The notes: generated from the sequence alone by a model not told the origin. A stretch of DNA of 64,000 nucleotides from Nostoc sp. (GCA_036918135.1 JBALDB010000028.1:128001-192000), one strand, 5' to 3'. Numbered from the stretch's first letter, positions 50,643 through 61,874 are shown. Numbers and translations are program-made.

Positions 50643-52391
50643 ATGAAAATTGCGATCGCTCAAATTAATCCGACAATTGGTGACTTACTAGGAAATGCCC
50701 AAAAAATCCTAGAAGCGGCACAACGCGCTGCATCTAGCGGTGCGCGTTTGTTGCTGACACCAGAACTTTCTTTGTGTGGCTATCCCCCACGAGATTTATT
50801 ACTAAATCCTAGTTTTGTTGAAGCTATGAATATAACTTTACAAAACTTAGCTCAAGATTTACCAGTAAATTTAGCGGTGTTGGTAGGAACTGTTGAACAA
50901 AATATTAATGCACATACTAATGGTGGTAAAAGTTTATTTAACAGCATCGCTTTGCTAGAAAATAGCGAAGTCAAACAAGTTTTTCACAAGCGACTTTTAC
51001 CTACTTATGATGTATTTGATGAACGCCGTTATTTCGATCCAGGCTTGCAAGCGAATTATTTCACCTTAGATAATATCAATATTGGCGTCACTATTTGCGA
51101 AGATTTGTGGAATGATGAGGAATTTTGGGGCAAACGTACTTATGCAGTAAATCCCATTGCTGATTTAGCAATTCTGGGTGTAGATTTAATTGTGAATTTG
51201 TCTGCTTCTCCTTATACTGCGGGCAAGCAACAGTTTCGTGAAACAATGCTCAAGTATAGCGCAGTGCGTTTCCAACAACCGATTATTTATGCTAACCAAG
51301 TTGGAGGAAATGATGATTTAATTTTTGATGGTCGTAGTTTTGCCTTAAATCGTCAAGGTGAAATTATTTGTCGCGCCCGTGGTTTTGAAGCTGATTTGTT
51401 AGCGATTGAATTTGACGAGGCGGTGCGAGATTTGCAAGTGAGTTCTGTCGCACCTGTATATGAGTCAGAAGATGAAGAAATCTGGCAAGCTTTGGTTTTG
51501 GGAGTACGAGATTATGCCCGCAAGTGTCGCTTTTCTAAAGTAGTTTTGGGTCTGAGTGGCGGAATTGATTCGGCACTAGTAGCAGCGATCGCCACTGCTG
51601 CACTCGGTCAAGAAAATGTGCTGGGTGTTCTCATGCCTTCACCTTATAGTTCTGAACATTCTATTAGCGATGCTTTAGCATTAGCCGAAAATTTGGGAAT
51701 CAAAACTGATACTTTACCAATTGGCGAATTAATGCAAGGCTTCGATAAAACTTTAGCCAATTTATTTGCAGATACAGAATTTGGACTCGCAGAGGAGAAT
51801 ATCCAATCCCGGATTCGGGGTAATTTATTAATGGCGATCGCTAATAAATTTGGCTATCTTCTCTTATCTACCGGTAACAAGTCAGAAATGGCGGTCGGTT
51901 ACTGTACTCTCTACGGCGATATGAATGGCGGCTTAGCAGTAATTGCAGATGTTCCTAAAACCCGCGTTTATTCACTTTGCCACTGGTTAAATCAAAATAA
52001 GGAAATCATCCCCAACAACGTCTTGACTAAAGCACCTAGCGCCGAACTCAAACCAGGTCAATTAGATCGAGACTCTCTACCGCCCTACGAAATTTTAGAC
52101 GATATCTTACAACGCCTGATTCACAATTACCAATCAGCAGCCCAAATTGTCGCAGCCGGTCACGATTGTCTAATTGTAAACCGAGTAATTCAGATGGTGG
52201 CGCGGGCTGAATTTAAACGCCGACAAGCACCCCCCGGCTTAAAAATTACCGATCGCGCCTTTGGAACTGGTTGGCGAATGCCAATTGCCAGTAATTGGGT
52301 TGGTATCAAAAACGCCTATCAGACTCAAACCACACCCACGCCTACCTTAGCCTATCGGGATGGACAAGATGCCCAGCGGCGAATTAAGTGA
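50643..52391 (+). CDS. nadE: Glutamine-dependent NAD+ synthetase
   Basis: Nitrilase domain (PEL, K.LLP, ICEDLW) plus GLSGGIDS, NIQSRIRG, TGNKSE, APSAEL. Confidence 0.96.
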   Translation: MKIAIAQINPTIGDLLGNAQKILEAAQRAASSGARLLLTPELSLCGYPPRDLLLNPSFVEAMNITLQNLAQDLPVNLAVLVGTVEQNINAHTNGGKSLFNSIALLENSEVKQVFHKRLLPTYDVFDERRYFDPGLQANYFTLDNINIGVTICEDLWNDEEFWGKRTYAVNPIADLAILGVDLIVNLSASPYTAGKQQFRETMLKYSAVRFQQPIIYANQVGGNDDLIFDGRSFALNRQGEIICRARGFEADLLAIEFDEAVRDLQVSSVAPVYESEDEEIWQALVLGVRDYARKCRFSKVVLGLSGGIDSALVAAIATAALGQENVLGVLMPSPYSSEHSISDALALAENLGIKTDTLPIGELMQGFDKTLANLFADTEFGLAEENIQSRIRGNLLMAIANKFGYLLLSTGNKSEMAVGYCTLYGDMNGGLAVIADVPKTRVYSLCHWLNQNKEIIPNNVLTKAPSAELKPGQLDRDSLPPYEILDDILQRLIHNYQSAAQIVAAGHDCLIVNRVIQMVARAEFKRRQAPPGLKITDRAFGTGWRMPIASNWVGIKNAYQTQTTPTPTLAYRDGQDAQRRIK

Positions 52392-52473
52392 ATGAGAATG
52401 TAAAGACAGGGGGACGCGGGGACACTTTCCTATGTACGTTGCAGTGTCTCCTACCTTTACCTCCTCTTCCCTC

Positions 52474-53100
52474 TCACCCGATCGCTACGTCTTCTTGAAT
52501 GTTAAGATTTGCTTCTTTTATCAAAACTTTTAGTAAAGCTGCTATGCCAATTTGGTCAGAAATTGCATTAGCATCCCATTTGGCATCAGCTACATACTTG
52601 CCTTTGTTGTAGTGGTTAGTCCCTGACCACAAGTAAGGTGTGAGAACTTCTGGATGATGCTTTCTATAACCAACACCGTTGTATCTCTCTAGCTGCCAAA
52701 GCTGTGCTGGCAAACTCCAATCTTTGACCTGATTAAACTCTTTGATTGTCAAAGCATCAATCGCGCTTTCTTCCCAGGTATATCCCACCTGCCAGCCGTT
52801 ACTGGGGTCGGCTAGTGGTCTGCCAGTTGGTTCGTGGACAGTGCGTTTTTTTAACGAGTCACCGTTGTGCAGATGTGTGCCAAAGTTCAGAGAAGATTCC
52901 ATATTATGGATGACTGCAACAAAGTACCAAGGCACATTAATTTTTTGCTCTAATAGTTCGTAACGAGGTCGATTTGCACTGATTTTCGCAACTATGTTTT
53001 GAGTACTTTTAAGTTTATCTGGCTTAATTTCGCAGCTATCCCAAAGCCTCTGATATTCTGGTTTTAAATCTTGAAGGCTAAGTAGTATTTTATTTGCCAT
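52474..53100 (-). CDS. Lysozyme-family (COG5526-like) putative peptidoglycan hydrolase
   Basis: VPWYFVAVIHNMES, HNGD, WEESAIDAL, ERYNG.GY, PYLWSGT, GKYVAD, QIG. Confidence 0.75.
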   Translation of the reverse strand: MANKILLSLQDLKPEYQRLWDSCEIKPDKLKSTQNIVAKISANRPRYELLEQKINVPWYFVAVIHNMESSLNFGTHLHNGDSLKKRTVHEPTGRPLADPSNGWQVGYTWEESAIDALTIKEFNQVKDWSLPAQLWQLERYNGVGYRKHHPEVLTPYLWSGTNHYNKGKYVADAKWDANAISDQIGIAALLKVLIKEANLNIQEDVAIG

Positions 53101-53451
53101 TTTTGTTAAATACCCAAGAAAAACTTTGATTTTATAGTTATGACAAAACTACTTTAGTTCTACAAGATTTTTAAACTTTTTATACAAAAATTTATTTACT
53201 CATACAAAACTTTTTGATATTTTATGCTTTATAAACTACTCTGAAGCTGATTTCTGTGTTTTTGTGGATCTAAAATTAATTACGTATAAATACTGAATTA
53301 AAAATTCATTATATAAATTTTTGTGTAATAAATCATAAAGTAATAGTAAAAATTTTGACATTATCTTAATAGTAAGAGTATTGTTTCAAACAACATCCAT
53401 CCTGATAATGATGTTTATACTTAGAAGTAAGTTAATGAAGGCAAGTCGATA

Positions 53452-54345
53452 ATGAAACTACAAGATTTTTTGGGAAAAAGTGAGAAATGGGGATTCGAGG
53501 CGATCGCCAAAGACCCAGAATTGAGTCATCAAATTCAAATACTGTTAATTGGCTTGGGTTTGCTCGACCCTCCAGCCGATGACAAATTTGGGCCTGTTTC
53601 TGCCGCGGCCCTTAAAGAATTTCAACAATTAATGAAAACTGGAGAAACTGACTTTTTAGGAGCAGTCACAGCCAAAGAACTAATTGAAACTAAACCAGAC
53701 GATCTCCCTAAACCCCCCTTAAAACTTGGTAATGACATTGCCAGTAAAATTGTCAAATACATGCAGGCGAAAAACTATGAGATATTCACTAATCCTAAAG
53801 AATACAATATTGTTTATTTAGAAGGAGTAAATGAAGACTGGACTCTGAACAAAGATACACCTAATCAATTCAACGATCGCCGGATTGTGATTGAAGTAGT
53901 AGACGGTATTCCTAAAATCGTAAATCACTGGCAAGCTACTACAGAACCAGGTAAGTGGTATACTTATAACCCGATGAATCCTGGAGGCGCTGCCAGAATT
54001 AAATTTGGACAATACAAAGCTTGGGCGGTTGGTATACACGGCAATTCAGAACCTCACGAAGCATTAGTCCAAGTTGCGCCTATTACTGTTCACCGAGATT
54101 TTAATAAAGATTTTCAACGGACTGGTGACAAACTTGACACAGGTATTTTTGCAGTAAATCAACACTACGGTTATGATGCTCCTGTAAATGATATCAAGAA
54201 TGCCAGTGCAGGTTGTTTAGTAGGACGTAGGCGGGAAGGACATCGAGAGTTTATGGCGATTGTTAAACAAGACCGTCGCTATCTAGCTAATAGAAATTAT
54301 GTCTTTTATAGTACTGTCATTCCTGGAGATGATTTATTGAAATAG
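53452..54345 (+). CDS. Peptidoglycan-binding domain protein with a putative Cys-dependent catalytic domain
   Basis: D.KFGP.S.AALKEFQ PG-binding motif; ATTEPG; NQH..YD...SAGC.V. Confidence 0.75.
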   Translation: MKLQDFLGKSEKWGFEAIAKDPELSHQIQILLIGLGLLDPPADDKFGPVSAAALKEFQQLMKTGETDFLGAVTAKELIETKPDDLPKPPLKLGNDIASKIVKYMQAKNYEIFTNPKEYNIVYLEGVNEDWTLNKDTPNQFNDRRIVIEVVDGIPKIVNHWQATTEPGKWYTYNPMNPGGAARIKFGQYKAWAVGIHGNSEPHEALVQVAPITVHRDFNKDFQRTGDKLDTGIFAVNQHYGYDAPVNDIKNASAGCLVGRRREGHREFMAIVKQDRRYLANRNYVFYSTVIPGDDLLK

Positions 54346-54489
54346 TTTTGCGAATGAGGCAACATAAAGTACGGGCACAACATAGACCACAGGGTAGGGA
54401 CACAGCATTAACGTGCCCATACAAGATATGTGGTTTAAATAAATAATGTTTTGCCCGGACTTTATCTGGAATATCCCAGGCAATGTTAT

Positions 54490-55074
54490 CTAACTTTGCT
54501 CTTGGGGAATTTGCCCTATCTGCGCCATCAACTTCTCTTTATCCTGCCTGCGTTTTTTGGCGTAAAGTTGAATAGTAACTGCCATTAAAATAATCATGCC
54601 AAAAATGCCCCAAGCAGTGATATCTGTTGGGAGATTATTTTTAAATACAGCCAGTAAGACAATCGCTACCAACATGACTGTCGGTGCTTCATTTAAAGCA
54701 CGTAATTGCTGACTATTCCAGGAACATTCATCTACTGCTAACTTCTTCATCAAACGAGCGCAGTAATGATGATAGCCAATTAAAATGGCCACAAACAGCA
54801 GTTTGATATGCAACCAACCCTCTTTTAACACTTCTGGTTCAGTACTGACTAAGCCGATGGCCATGGCGATCGTCACAAACATTCCTGGGTTAGTGATGAT
54901 ATGGTAGAGGCGCTTTTCCATAATTTGATACTGATTTTTTAGTATCGTTCGCGCTGGTTCAGGTTCTTCGTTAGCTTCGACGTGATAAATAAAAAGACGT
55001 ACTAGGTAGAACAAACCGGCAAACCAAACTACAAATCCGACAATATGAAATGCTTTAAACCATGAATAAGCCAT
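54490..55074 (-). CDS. hemJ: Protoporphyrinogen IX oxidase HemJ
   Basis: KAFH...WFAGLFYL.RLFIYH, MEKRL, WLHIKL, NEAPT. Confidence 0.93.
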   Translation of the reverse strand: MAYSWFKAFHIVGFVVWFAGLFYLVRLFIYHVEANEEPEPARTILKNQYQIMEKRLYHIITNPGMFVTIAMAIGLVSTEPEVLKEGWLHIKLLFVAILIGYHHYCARLMKKLAVDECSWNSQQLRALNEAPTVMLVAIVLLAVFKNNLPTDITAWGIFGMIILMAVTIQLYAKKRRQDKEKLMAQIGQIPQEQS

Positions 55075-55205
55075 GAATTATAATCTCCATCAGTGTGGTT
55101 TTGATGCATTTTTAATGGTAATAAAAATGAGTCAGAATTCTAACTTCTGACTTCTAAATTCTGACATTCATTTTTATAATATCGATTTTTGCCAGAGGTA
55201 TATTA

Positions 55206-56057
55206 TCAATGAGTATCTTTGCGACGCACAAAGGGTAAAAGGTCTTCTAAAACAGTCTCATGGTAGTGTTCTTGAGGATAATGTCCGACGTTATTAAGTT
55301 TTATTAATTCGGCATTGGATACCGAATTTGTAAATTTTTCTGCAACATCTACGGGTAACCAAGGGTCAATCATGCCCCATTGAATCAGAATTGGCTGTTG
55401 CCATTGTTTAAAGCCAGATTCAATTTCTGTCATTGCTGAATCAAGTTGTAAATTGCGAATACTTGCTAACAAACCTCGACCAGATGCGGAAGCTGTTAAA
55501 AATGGTTTTCGATAAATATCTAAATCCTTATCTTCTATGCGATAACGGCTACCACCTTCTAGCGTCCGGTCAACTAATAGTGGGTCTTGGGTCATGACTT
55601 CACCAGCCAAAGGTAAACCCATTTGTTTAATTTTCCAAGGTAATTTGGCAGCAGTTGAAATTGGTGTATTTAAGATAGCTATATTGGCAATTTGTTCTGG
55701 GTGACGCAAAGCATATTGTAGTCCGACAGAACCTAAAAAGCCTTGTACAACTAAAGAAAAATATTCAAGTTCTAGTGCTTTGATAAATCCTGATAAAGCT
55801 GTGATAAAAGCATCAGGAGTGTAAGCAAAATCTCGTTTTTCTGGTTTTGCAGAAAAGCCGTGACCAATCCAATCTGGGGCGATCGCTCTCGTACCTTGAT
55901 TCGCTAAAGCTGGTATAATATTACGCCAGCTATAACTTTGTGAAACTAAGCCGTGTAGCAATAATACAGGCGTTAAGTCAGTTCTGCCGATTGGTGAAGA
56001 TTCCCGATAAAACCATTCTAGTGAATCTACGTTTATTTTATGTTCTGTTATTGACAC
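55206..56057 (-). CDS. Alpha/beta hydrolase fold protein (haloalkane dehalogenase-like)
   Basis: LLHG..S.SYSWR, APDWIGHGFS, WG..DP, GHYPQE. Confidence 0.85.
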   Translation of the reverse strand: MSITEHKINVDSLEWFYRESSPIGRTDLTPVLLLHGLVSQSYSWRNIIPALANQGTRAIAPDWIGHGFSAKPEKRDFAYTPDAFITALSGFIKALELEYFSLVVQGFLGSVGLQYALRHPEQIANIAILNTPISTAAKLPWKIKQMGLPLAGEVMTQDPLLVDRTLEGGSRYRIEDKDLDIYRKPFLTASASGRGLLASIRNLQLDSAMTEIESGFKQWQQPILIQWGMIDPWLPVDVAEKFTNSVSNAELIKLNNVGHYPQEHYHETVLEDLLPFVRRKDTH

Positions 56058-56209
56058 GCTATTTTCCTATGGATTTAGAATTTAAAAGCCTCACGCATAG
56101 ACACGAAGTGGCTTCCCAAAGGGTAGGCGCAGAGGCGCAAAGATGAAAAGGTTTTTTATAAAAGGGATTGGGGATTGGGAATTAGGGATTGGGATAGAAA
56201 AACTTTTTT

Positions 56210-57331
56210 CTAGTCCCCAGTCCCCACTCCCTGAGGAATAATCATCTCACGAATTGCATAAGCTGTGGCGGGTGCTAGTAAAATGCCGTTGCGATAGTGT
56301 CCGGTAGCCAAGAGAACGTTGCTAAATCCTGGCAACTTATCAATGATTGGGGCTGGGCGTCCTTGAGGACGAGGGCGTAACCCCGACCAAGTGCGGAGAA
56401 TAGTTGCTGTGGCTAATCCTGGACAAAATGCGATCGCTTGTTCTCTAACAGATTCCAACAGTTGTTGATTTGGCGGTATTTCATCGCCGTTGGTGGGAAA
56501 TTCCACTGTTGCACCCAACCAATAATCTCCACCGCCTACAGGAACAATATGGACATCATTACCAGTGATTATCGGCTGGAAGTCCCGATTGCCTAATGGA
56601 CGCCCTACACGTACTTGTAATGCTTGCCCTAACACAGGGCGGATATCAATCGCCTGGTTTAATTTTGCCGTCAGTGGCGTTGAACCTAGCCCTGCGGCGA
56701 CTACAAACCAATCAGCAGCTATTTTTCCTTCTGTAGTCTCAAGGCGATGGCAAAATTTAGGCGAAGATTCAGGTGTTGAGGTTTGGCTATCCAAAACAGC
56801 TACACCAAATTTGAAAGTTACACCATTCTGCTGGGCAGCTTTAACTAAAGCTAATGTCAGGGCAGTTGGATCGAGTTGACGGTCTTGGGGAGAATAGACA
56901 GCGCCAATAACTTTTTGGCAATCTACCTGAGGACAGATATTCTGAAGTTGAGCAGTATTCCAAATTTCTAACTGCCAGCCTTGAGAGTGGCGAGTTTCTA
57001 CTAACTTTTCCCATGCTGAGATTTCCTTGGCGGCATCGGACAGTAGCATGAGAATTCCTTGGCGGTTAAAAGGAATTTTGCTACCTGTTATAGCTTCTAA
57101 TTCTGGAATCAAAGTTTCGTAACGTTGGATGCTAGTTTGCCGCATTTGCCAAGCCTTGCCCTTGATTTTTTGGCTGATTACGCCCATCAAAACACCAAGT
57201 GCAGCACCCGTGGAAGCTTGTGCTGGTGGTTGTCGGTCAAAAACTGTGATTTTCAGCCCTTTTACTTGACTGAGTTCATAAGCGATCGCAGCCCCAACCA
57301 CACCACAACCGATAATGACTACATGACTCAT
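56210..57331 (-). CDS. FAD-dependent oxidoreductase (glycine oxidase/DadA family)
   Basis: IGCGVVG, WSGLRP, TGHYRNGILLAP. Confidence 0.88.
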   Translation of the reverse strand: MSHVVIIGCGVVGAAIAYELSQVKGLKITVFDRQPPAQASTGAALGVLMGVISQKIKGKAWQMRQTSIQRYETLIPELEAITGSKIPFNRQGILMLLSDAAKEISAWEKLVETRHSQGWQLEIWNTAQLQNICPQVDCQKVIGAVYSPQDRQLDPTALTLALVKAAQQNGVTFKFGVAVLDSQTSTPESSPKFCHRLETTEGKIAADWFVVAAGLGSTPLTAKLNQAIDIRPVLGQALQVRVGRPLGNRDFQPIITGNDVHIVPVGGGDYWLGATVEFPTNGDEIPPNQQLLESVREQAIAFCPGLATATILRTWSGLRPRPQGRPAPIIDKLPGFSNVLLATGHYRNGILLAPATAYAIREMIIPQGVGTGD

Positions 57332-57450
57332 TGCTTGTTTGAGATGGAATCGGGGAGTGGGAAGTGGGGAGGTGGGGTGGTGAGCGTAGTTTCGCCCATT
57401 TCCTCATCTCCCTCATCCCTCTGTGCCCCTTTGCTCATCTTAACTTGCTT

Positions 57451-57906
57451 CTATTGAGTGCTTGTCTCAGGAAGCAACTGGAGGAATTTATCAATGTCTT
57501 TGAAAGCAGCCTGCGAGTTACTCGAAGCAAGTTCACCGTTGGCAGAAGACGCGCCTTGATTAACTTTAACCAGGTGGTTAAATAAATCTCGCGTTATTTG
57601 ACGTGCTGCGGTTTGGTCTTTGGGTAGAAGGTGGGGAGTGACATAAGTCAGGTTCAACCTTGCTTCTGCTACCGGGCCATGTATAAAGTTACTCACATTG
57701 ATCCAATCTTTTCTTTGGATCAAGGTCTGCAACTCTTGTGAGCGAGCGCGCACAGCTTGAATTTCCGGAACGTATTCCTGAATTTTCGCAATTTGCGTTT
57801 CTGTGTACGTTGGAGGTGCCACTGCGACACCAGGCCCGCCACAACTAATGAGAAATGTGGCCAATAATACCAAAACAAATGAGAAAATTGAGCGTTGACG
57901 CACCAT
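57451..57906 (-). CDS. psbQ: Photosystem II lipoprotein PsbQ (CyanoQ)
   Basis: Lipobox LISC, PPTYT, W..V.NFIHGP. Confidence 0.9.
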   Translation of the reverse strand: MVRQRSIFSFVLVLLATFLISCGGPGVAVAPPTYTETQIAKIQEYVPEIQAVRARSQELQTLIQRKDWINVSNFIHGPVAEARLNLTYVTPHLLPKDQTAARQITRDLFNHLVKVNQGASSANGELASSNSQAAFKDIDKFLQLLPETSTQ

Positions 57907-58273
57907 ACGCTAAACTTATTGACTTTTTGTTTACCGATTAACAGTGTCATTTTAGATCGCTGGCGCACATTATCATTTGACTCTAGGATTTTTTTTTGAG
58001 GATAGGGAATGGAGAATAGTCAATAACAAGGGTGTAGGGTGTGGGATGTAGGGAATAAATCAGTACGGGCTTGTACCCCACTGATTTGGTGGGGGCTTGT
58101 ACCCTATTGGTTCTGGGGCAGGGTGTTAAATAATACAATTTTATCTTTCTTCCCCCACACCCTACACCCTGCACCCTAGTTTTGGTGAAAATTTACAGAG
58201 GTGAAGGAAATTTTTAGCGTAAATGCTCTAGCAATCGCCGGATTGGTCTTGGCTTAGCGTTCCATCACTCTGC

Positions 58274-58376
58274 TAGGCACTGACAAATAAAAAAATATCC
58301 CACTATTGACAGTTAACGGTCATCAGTCATCAGTCAGCAACTTCAAACAGGATAATTTATTTGTTAGAGTTCCTTT
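58274..58376. mobile_element. MITE-like element, AGGGA-type termini, CAGTCAT interior
   Basis: Colinear with copies at 42432-42533 and 46761-47016. Confidence 0.65.
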
Positions 58377-58624
58377 AAATCTCGTCAAACATCTCAAAAG
58401 TAATACTTAACTTGAGTAGTAGTTTAGTAGCAGCATGAGTACACAAGCTGGAAAATATCGGATAAATTAACCGCTTCTACCTCAAATTTATTGTTATATT
58501 AAATACACGCAGTTGTCGGAATCCAGTTAACAGTGTCATAAAGAAAAGGTGAAGAGTTAACCTTTAAGGTATAACTTACCCAAGAGTTGCTTGCACCCGT
58601 AGCTTCAATGGATCTATCACACTC

Positions 58625-60271
58625 ATGACTGAACTCACCCTACGCCTACAAGAGGGAGATACCGAGACAGCGATCGCAGTTGACCAAGATGTATTTACAA
58701 TTGGTCGTTTGCCGGAATGTAACTTGTACTTACCTTTTGCTGGAGTATCCCGCAACCATGCCCGGATTTTAAAAACGACCGAGGGGATGTGGACAATTGA
58801 AGATTTGGGCAGCAAAAACGGCACGCAAGTCAATAAATATTTGGTAAACTCTCCCCAAGAGTTGCATCACGGCGATGTCGTTTGGTTGGGTAATGTTAAC
58901 CTGGTAGTGCTGCTGACAAATCCTGCTTCACAATCGACATCGACACCAGAGTATGCGTCAACTTCCGATACTAATGAGCAAAGAACAATCCTTCACAATG
59001 TTGAACAATTACAACAGCAATGGATTGCAGCTGATAGTAAAGATGGCAACATCACCAATAAAGATAAAACTATTGCCCGTCTCAAAGACTTAGTTGATAT
59101 AGCAAAAAATCTCTGTGCAGCGGCGTCTATAGAAGAGATTTTTTCCCAGGTGCAACAAGTTGTATTTCGTTACCTTGATAGTATCGATCGCCTGGCATTA
59201 TTAATTGATGTCAATGGTCGTGGACACTTAGAGTTAGTGAATGCTGCTACTAGAAATGTTACCCAACAGCAACATCTTTCTGCTGATGGTAGTTGGATTA
59301 GTCGTAGTATCTGTCAAAAAGTATTTGCAGAAAAAGTCGTTATTCAAACTGGTGATACTCATCAGGATGAACGGTTTGCTAGCGAACAGAGTATTTTAGT
59401 CAAAGGCATTCGCAGTGCAATGGCAGTACCTTTATGGGATGAAAATAAAGTTGTTGGCGTTCTTTATGCCGATGCCAATCTTTCTTCTTACCATTGGGCA
59501 AATGAGGGCGAGGAAGAACTGAGCTTTTTTTCAGCTTTAGCAAACCTAGTGGCTTCTAGCGTCCAGCGTTGGCTACTAGCAGAGAAACTTAAAACTGAAG
59601 AAATGATTCGTCACCGACTAGAACGCTATCATTCCCCAGCAGTTGTACAGCAGTTGATATCTGTAGGCGCATTACCAGATGGTCGTTTAGCGCCAGCAGA
59701 AAGTGAAATCAGTATTTTGTTTGCGGATTTAGTCGGGTTTACAGCAATTTCTGAACGATTAACACCAACTGCGATCGCCCAACTATTAAATAATTTATTT
59801 GAAGAAATGCTCAAAGAAGTGTTTACTTGCGGCGGCACTTTAGATAAATATATTGGCGATTGTATCATGACATTTTTTGGCGCTCCAGAACCGCAAATAG
59901 ATCATGCCGATCGCGCTGTGACTGCTGCTAAGGGAATGCTGGCTCGTCTAAAACATCTCAATGCTAATAATTTTTGGCAAGAACCGCTGCAATTACGCAT
60001 TGCAATTAATAGCGGTAAGGCCGTCGTTGGAGATGTTGGTAGTTCGCAAAGGGTAGATTACACAGCATTAGGCGCAACAATTAATCTGGCAGCTCGCATG
60101 GAAGGAGTTTGTCCTCCGAGTGAATGCGTGATTAGTGAAGCCACTTATGCAATGCTTTCACAACCATCGGACTTCCAAGAAATGGGAGATTATCGCTTCA
60201 AAGGTATTGATAGATTAGTCAAAGTTTATCAAACCAAATTGCAGCCAGTACCAACAATTATTAGTCATTAA
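58625..60271 (+). CDS. cyaD: FHA-GAF-class III adenylate cyclase (CyaD-like)
   Basis: FHA (IGR, VSRNHA, DLGSKNGT), GAF, cyclase (LFADLVGFT, DKYIGD, DYTALG..INLAARME). Confidence 0.88.
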   Translation: MTELTLRLQEGDTETAIAVDQDVFTIGRLPECNLYLPFAGVSRNHARILKTTEGMWTIEDLGSKNGTQVNKYLVNSPQELHHGDVVWLGNVNLVVLLTNPASQSTSTPEYASTSDTNEQRTILHNVEQLQQQWIAADSKDGNITNKDKTIARLKDLVDIAKNLCAAASIEEIFSQVQQVVFRYLDSIDRLALLIDVNGRGHLELVNAATRNVTQQQHLSADGSWISRSICQKVFAEKVVIQTGDTHQDERFASEQSILVKGIRSAMAVPLWDENKVVGVLYADANLSSYHWANEGEEELSFFSALANLVASSVQRWLLAEKLKTEEMIRHRLERYHSPAVVQQLISVGALPDGRLAPAESEISILFADLVGFTAISERLTPTAIAQLLNNLFEEMLKEVFTCGGTLDKYIGDCIMTFFGAPEPQIDHADRAVTAAKGMLARLKHLNANNFWQEPLQLRIAINSGKAVVGDVGSSQRVDYTALGATINLAARMEGVCPPSECVISEATYAMLSQPSDFQEMGDYRFKGIDRLVKVYQTKLQPVPTIISH

Positions 60272-60426
60272 GCATTAAGTATAATTAAAAACTCTCAGCG
60301 TCTCCAAACATGATTGAGTATATTTGCTTATACATTAACTATATTTGCAAAAATCTAGAAGAGCGTTCCTGTGGGTTCCTATCAATGATAATTTTAAGCA
60401 TTGGGAACCCCTAAAAATCAAAGTTT

Positions 60427-61113
60427 ATGAACGCAGCCGACGATAAAACGATTGTTCGCGAGTATTTCAATTCCACAGGGTTTGACCGTTGGAGGCGGAT
60501 TTACGGCGATGGCGAAGTCAACAAAGTTCAGCTGGATATCCGTAATGGACACCAGCAAACGGTGGATACAGTTCTCGACTGGCTAAAAGCTGATAACAAT
60601 TTACCAGAACTATCAATCTGCGATGCTGGCTGTGGTGTGGGTAGTCTCAGCATCCCGCTAGCAGTCGATGGTGCCAAGGTCTATGCAAGCGATATTTCTG
60701 AAAAAATGGTGGCAGAAGGCAAAGATAGAGCCAAGCAAACCTTGGGAAATGCTGAAAATCCTACGTTTGCTGTCCAGGATTTGGAATCATTGAGTGGTAG
60801 TTACCATACTGTTATTTGCTTGGATGTTCTCATCCACTACCCCCAAGAAAAAGCCGATGAAATGATTTCTCACCTCTGTTCTCTAGCACAGTCGCGGATA
60901 ATTCTCAGTTTTGCGCCAAAGACCTACGCTTTGACTATACTCAAGAAAATTGGCAGTTTCTTTCCCGGAGCAAGTAAAGCTACTCGTGCATATTTGCATC
61001 GTGAGGCTGATGTTGTGAAAATTTTGGAAAATAACGGGTTTTCAGTGCAACGTCAAGCCATGACTAAAACTCGCTTTTATTTTTCCCGCCTACTGGAAGC
61101 TACACGTAAGTGA
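60427..61113 (+). CDS. chlM: Mg-protoporphyrin IX methyltransferase
   Basis: YFN.TGFDRWRRIYG, DAGCGVG, CLDVLIHYP, FAPKT, FYFSRLLEA. Confidence 0.95.
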   Translation: MNAADDKTIVREYFNSTGFDRWRRIYGDGEVNKVQLDIRNGHQQTVDTVLDWLKADNNLPELSICDAGCGVGSLSIPLAVDGAKVYASDISEKMVAEGKDRAKQTLGNAENPTFAVQDLESLSGSYHTVICLDVLIHYPQEKADEMISHLCSLAQSRIILSFAPKTYALTILKKIGSFFPGASKATRAYLHREADVVKILENNGFSVQRQAMTKTRFYFSRLLEATRK

Positions 61114-61314
61114 GGTTAAAATCGCAGCAGTAAAAATACTATATCTTTGCTGCGATTTAACAATCTCAAAGCTAAAAGGTAGGAAGTAGGGAGCATCCCA
61201 ATAATAATTTTTGTTGTGTGAAATACAACATAATTAGCCATAAAATCAATATACTGGAACCTTTGCAAAAGTCAAGTTAGAATCTCTAGCAAAGTTCAAA
61301 TCTGAAGTGGAACT

Positions 61315-61794
61315 ATGAAAACTGCTGAAAAATTGGCTGCGGGTTGGCTACTGACACTCGGATTCATGTTTTTAACGCTATCAGCATCAGCAGCAATTGA
61401 CAAATTTGCTACGCGTAAGCCGTACACACCAGTAAAAGATGCATATGATTTTTCTGCACCAAATGCGACTTATCAAGATGATAATACTGCTGTTGGTGGT
61501 CTAATTTTTGGTGTCCCTAGTCTGACACTGGGTACATGGTTAGCATTGGGATTGTATCGTCAAAGTCGGCAAGAGAAAAAGGCACTTCATCAACAACGTA
61601 GCGATCGCTTGCAATCTCTTTTTTATGAGATCCTACAACAAAATCATGGACGCGTGACTGTTTTAGGCTTTGCCATGCAATCACAACTCCCTCCAGCCGA
61701 CGCCAGACAGTATTTAGATGAAAAAGCTAAAGAATTCAATGCAAACTTCAAAGTGAATGAAGAAGGGGCTGTATCATACCATTTTGATGTCTAA
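61315..61794 (+). CDS. Hypothetical membrane protein
   Basis: Two TM segments followed by a soluble C-terminal domain. Confidence 0.75.
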   Translation: MKTAEKLAAGWLLTLGFMFLTLSASAAIDKFATRKPYTPVKDAYDFSAPNATYQDDNTAVGGLIFGVPSLTLGTWLALGLYRQSRQEKKALHQQRSDRLQSLFYEILQQNHGRVTVLGFAMQSQLPPADARQYLDEKAKEFNANFKVNEEGAVSYHFDV

Positions 61795-61874
61795 TTGTCA
61801 TTTGTCATTTGTCTTTTGTTATTTGTTATTCACTAATGACCAATGACTATCTTACTAACTTACGGCTAAGTCTA

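Noticed and set aside
57983..58174. 63-aa ORF
   Set aside because: Consists of an inverted repeat with GGGTGTA/TACACCC heptamers.
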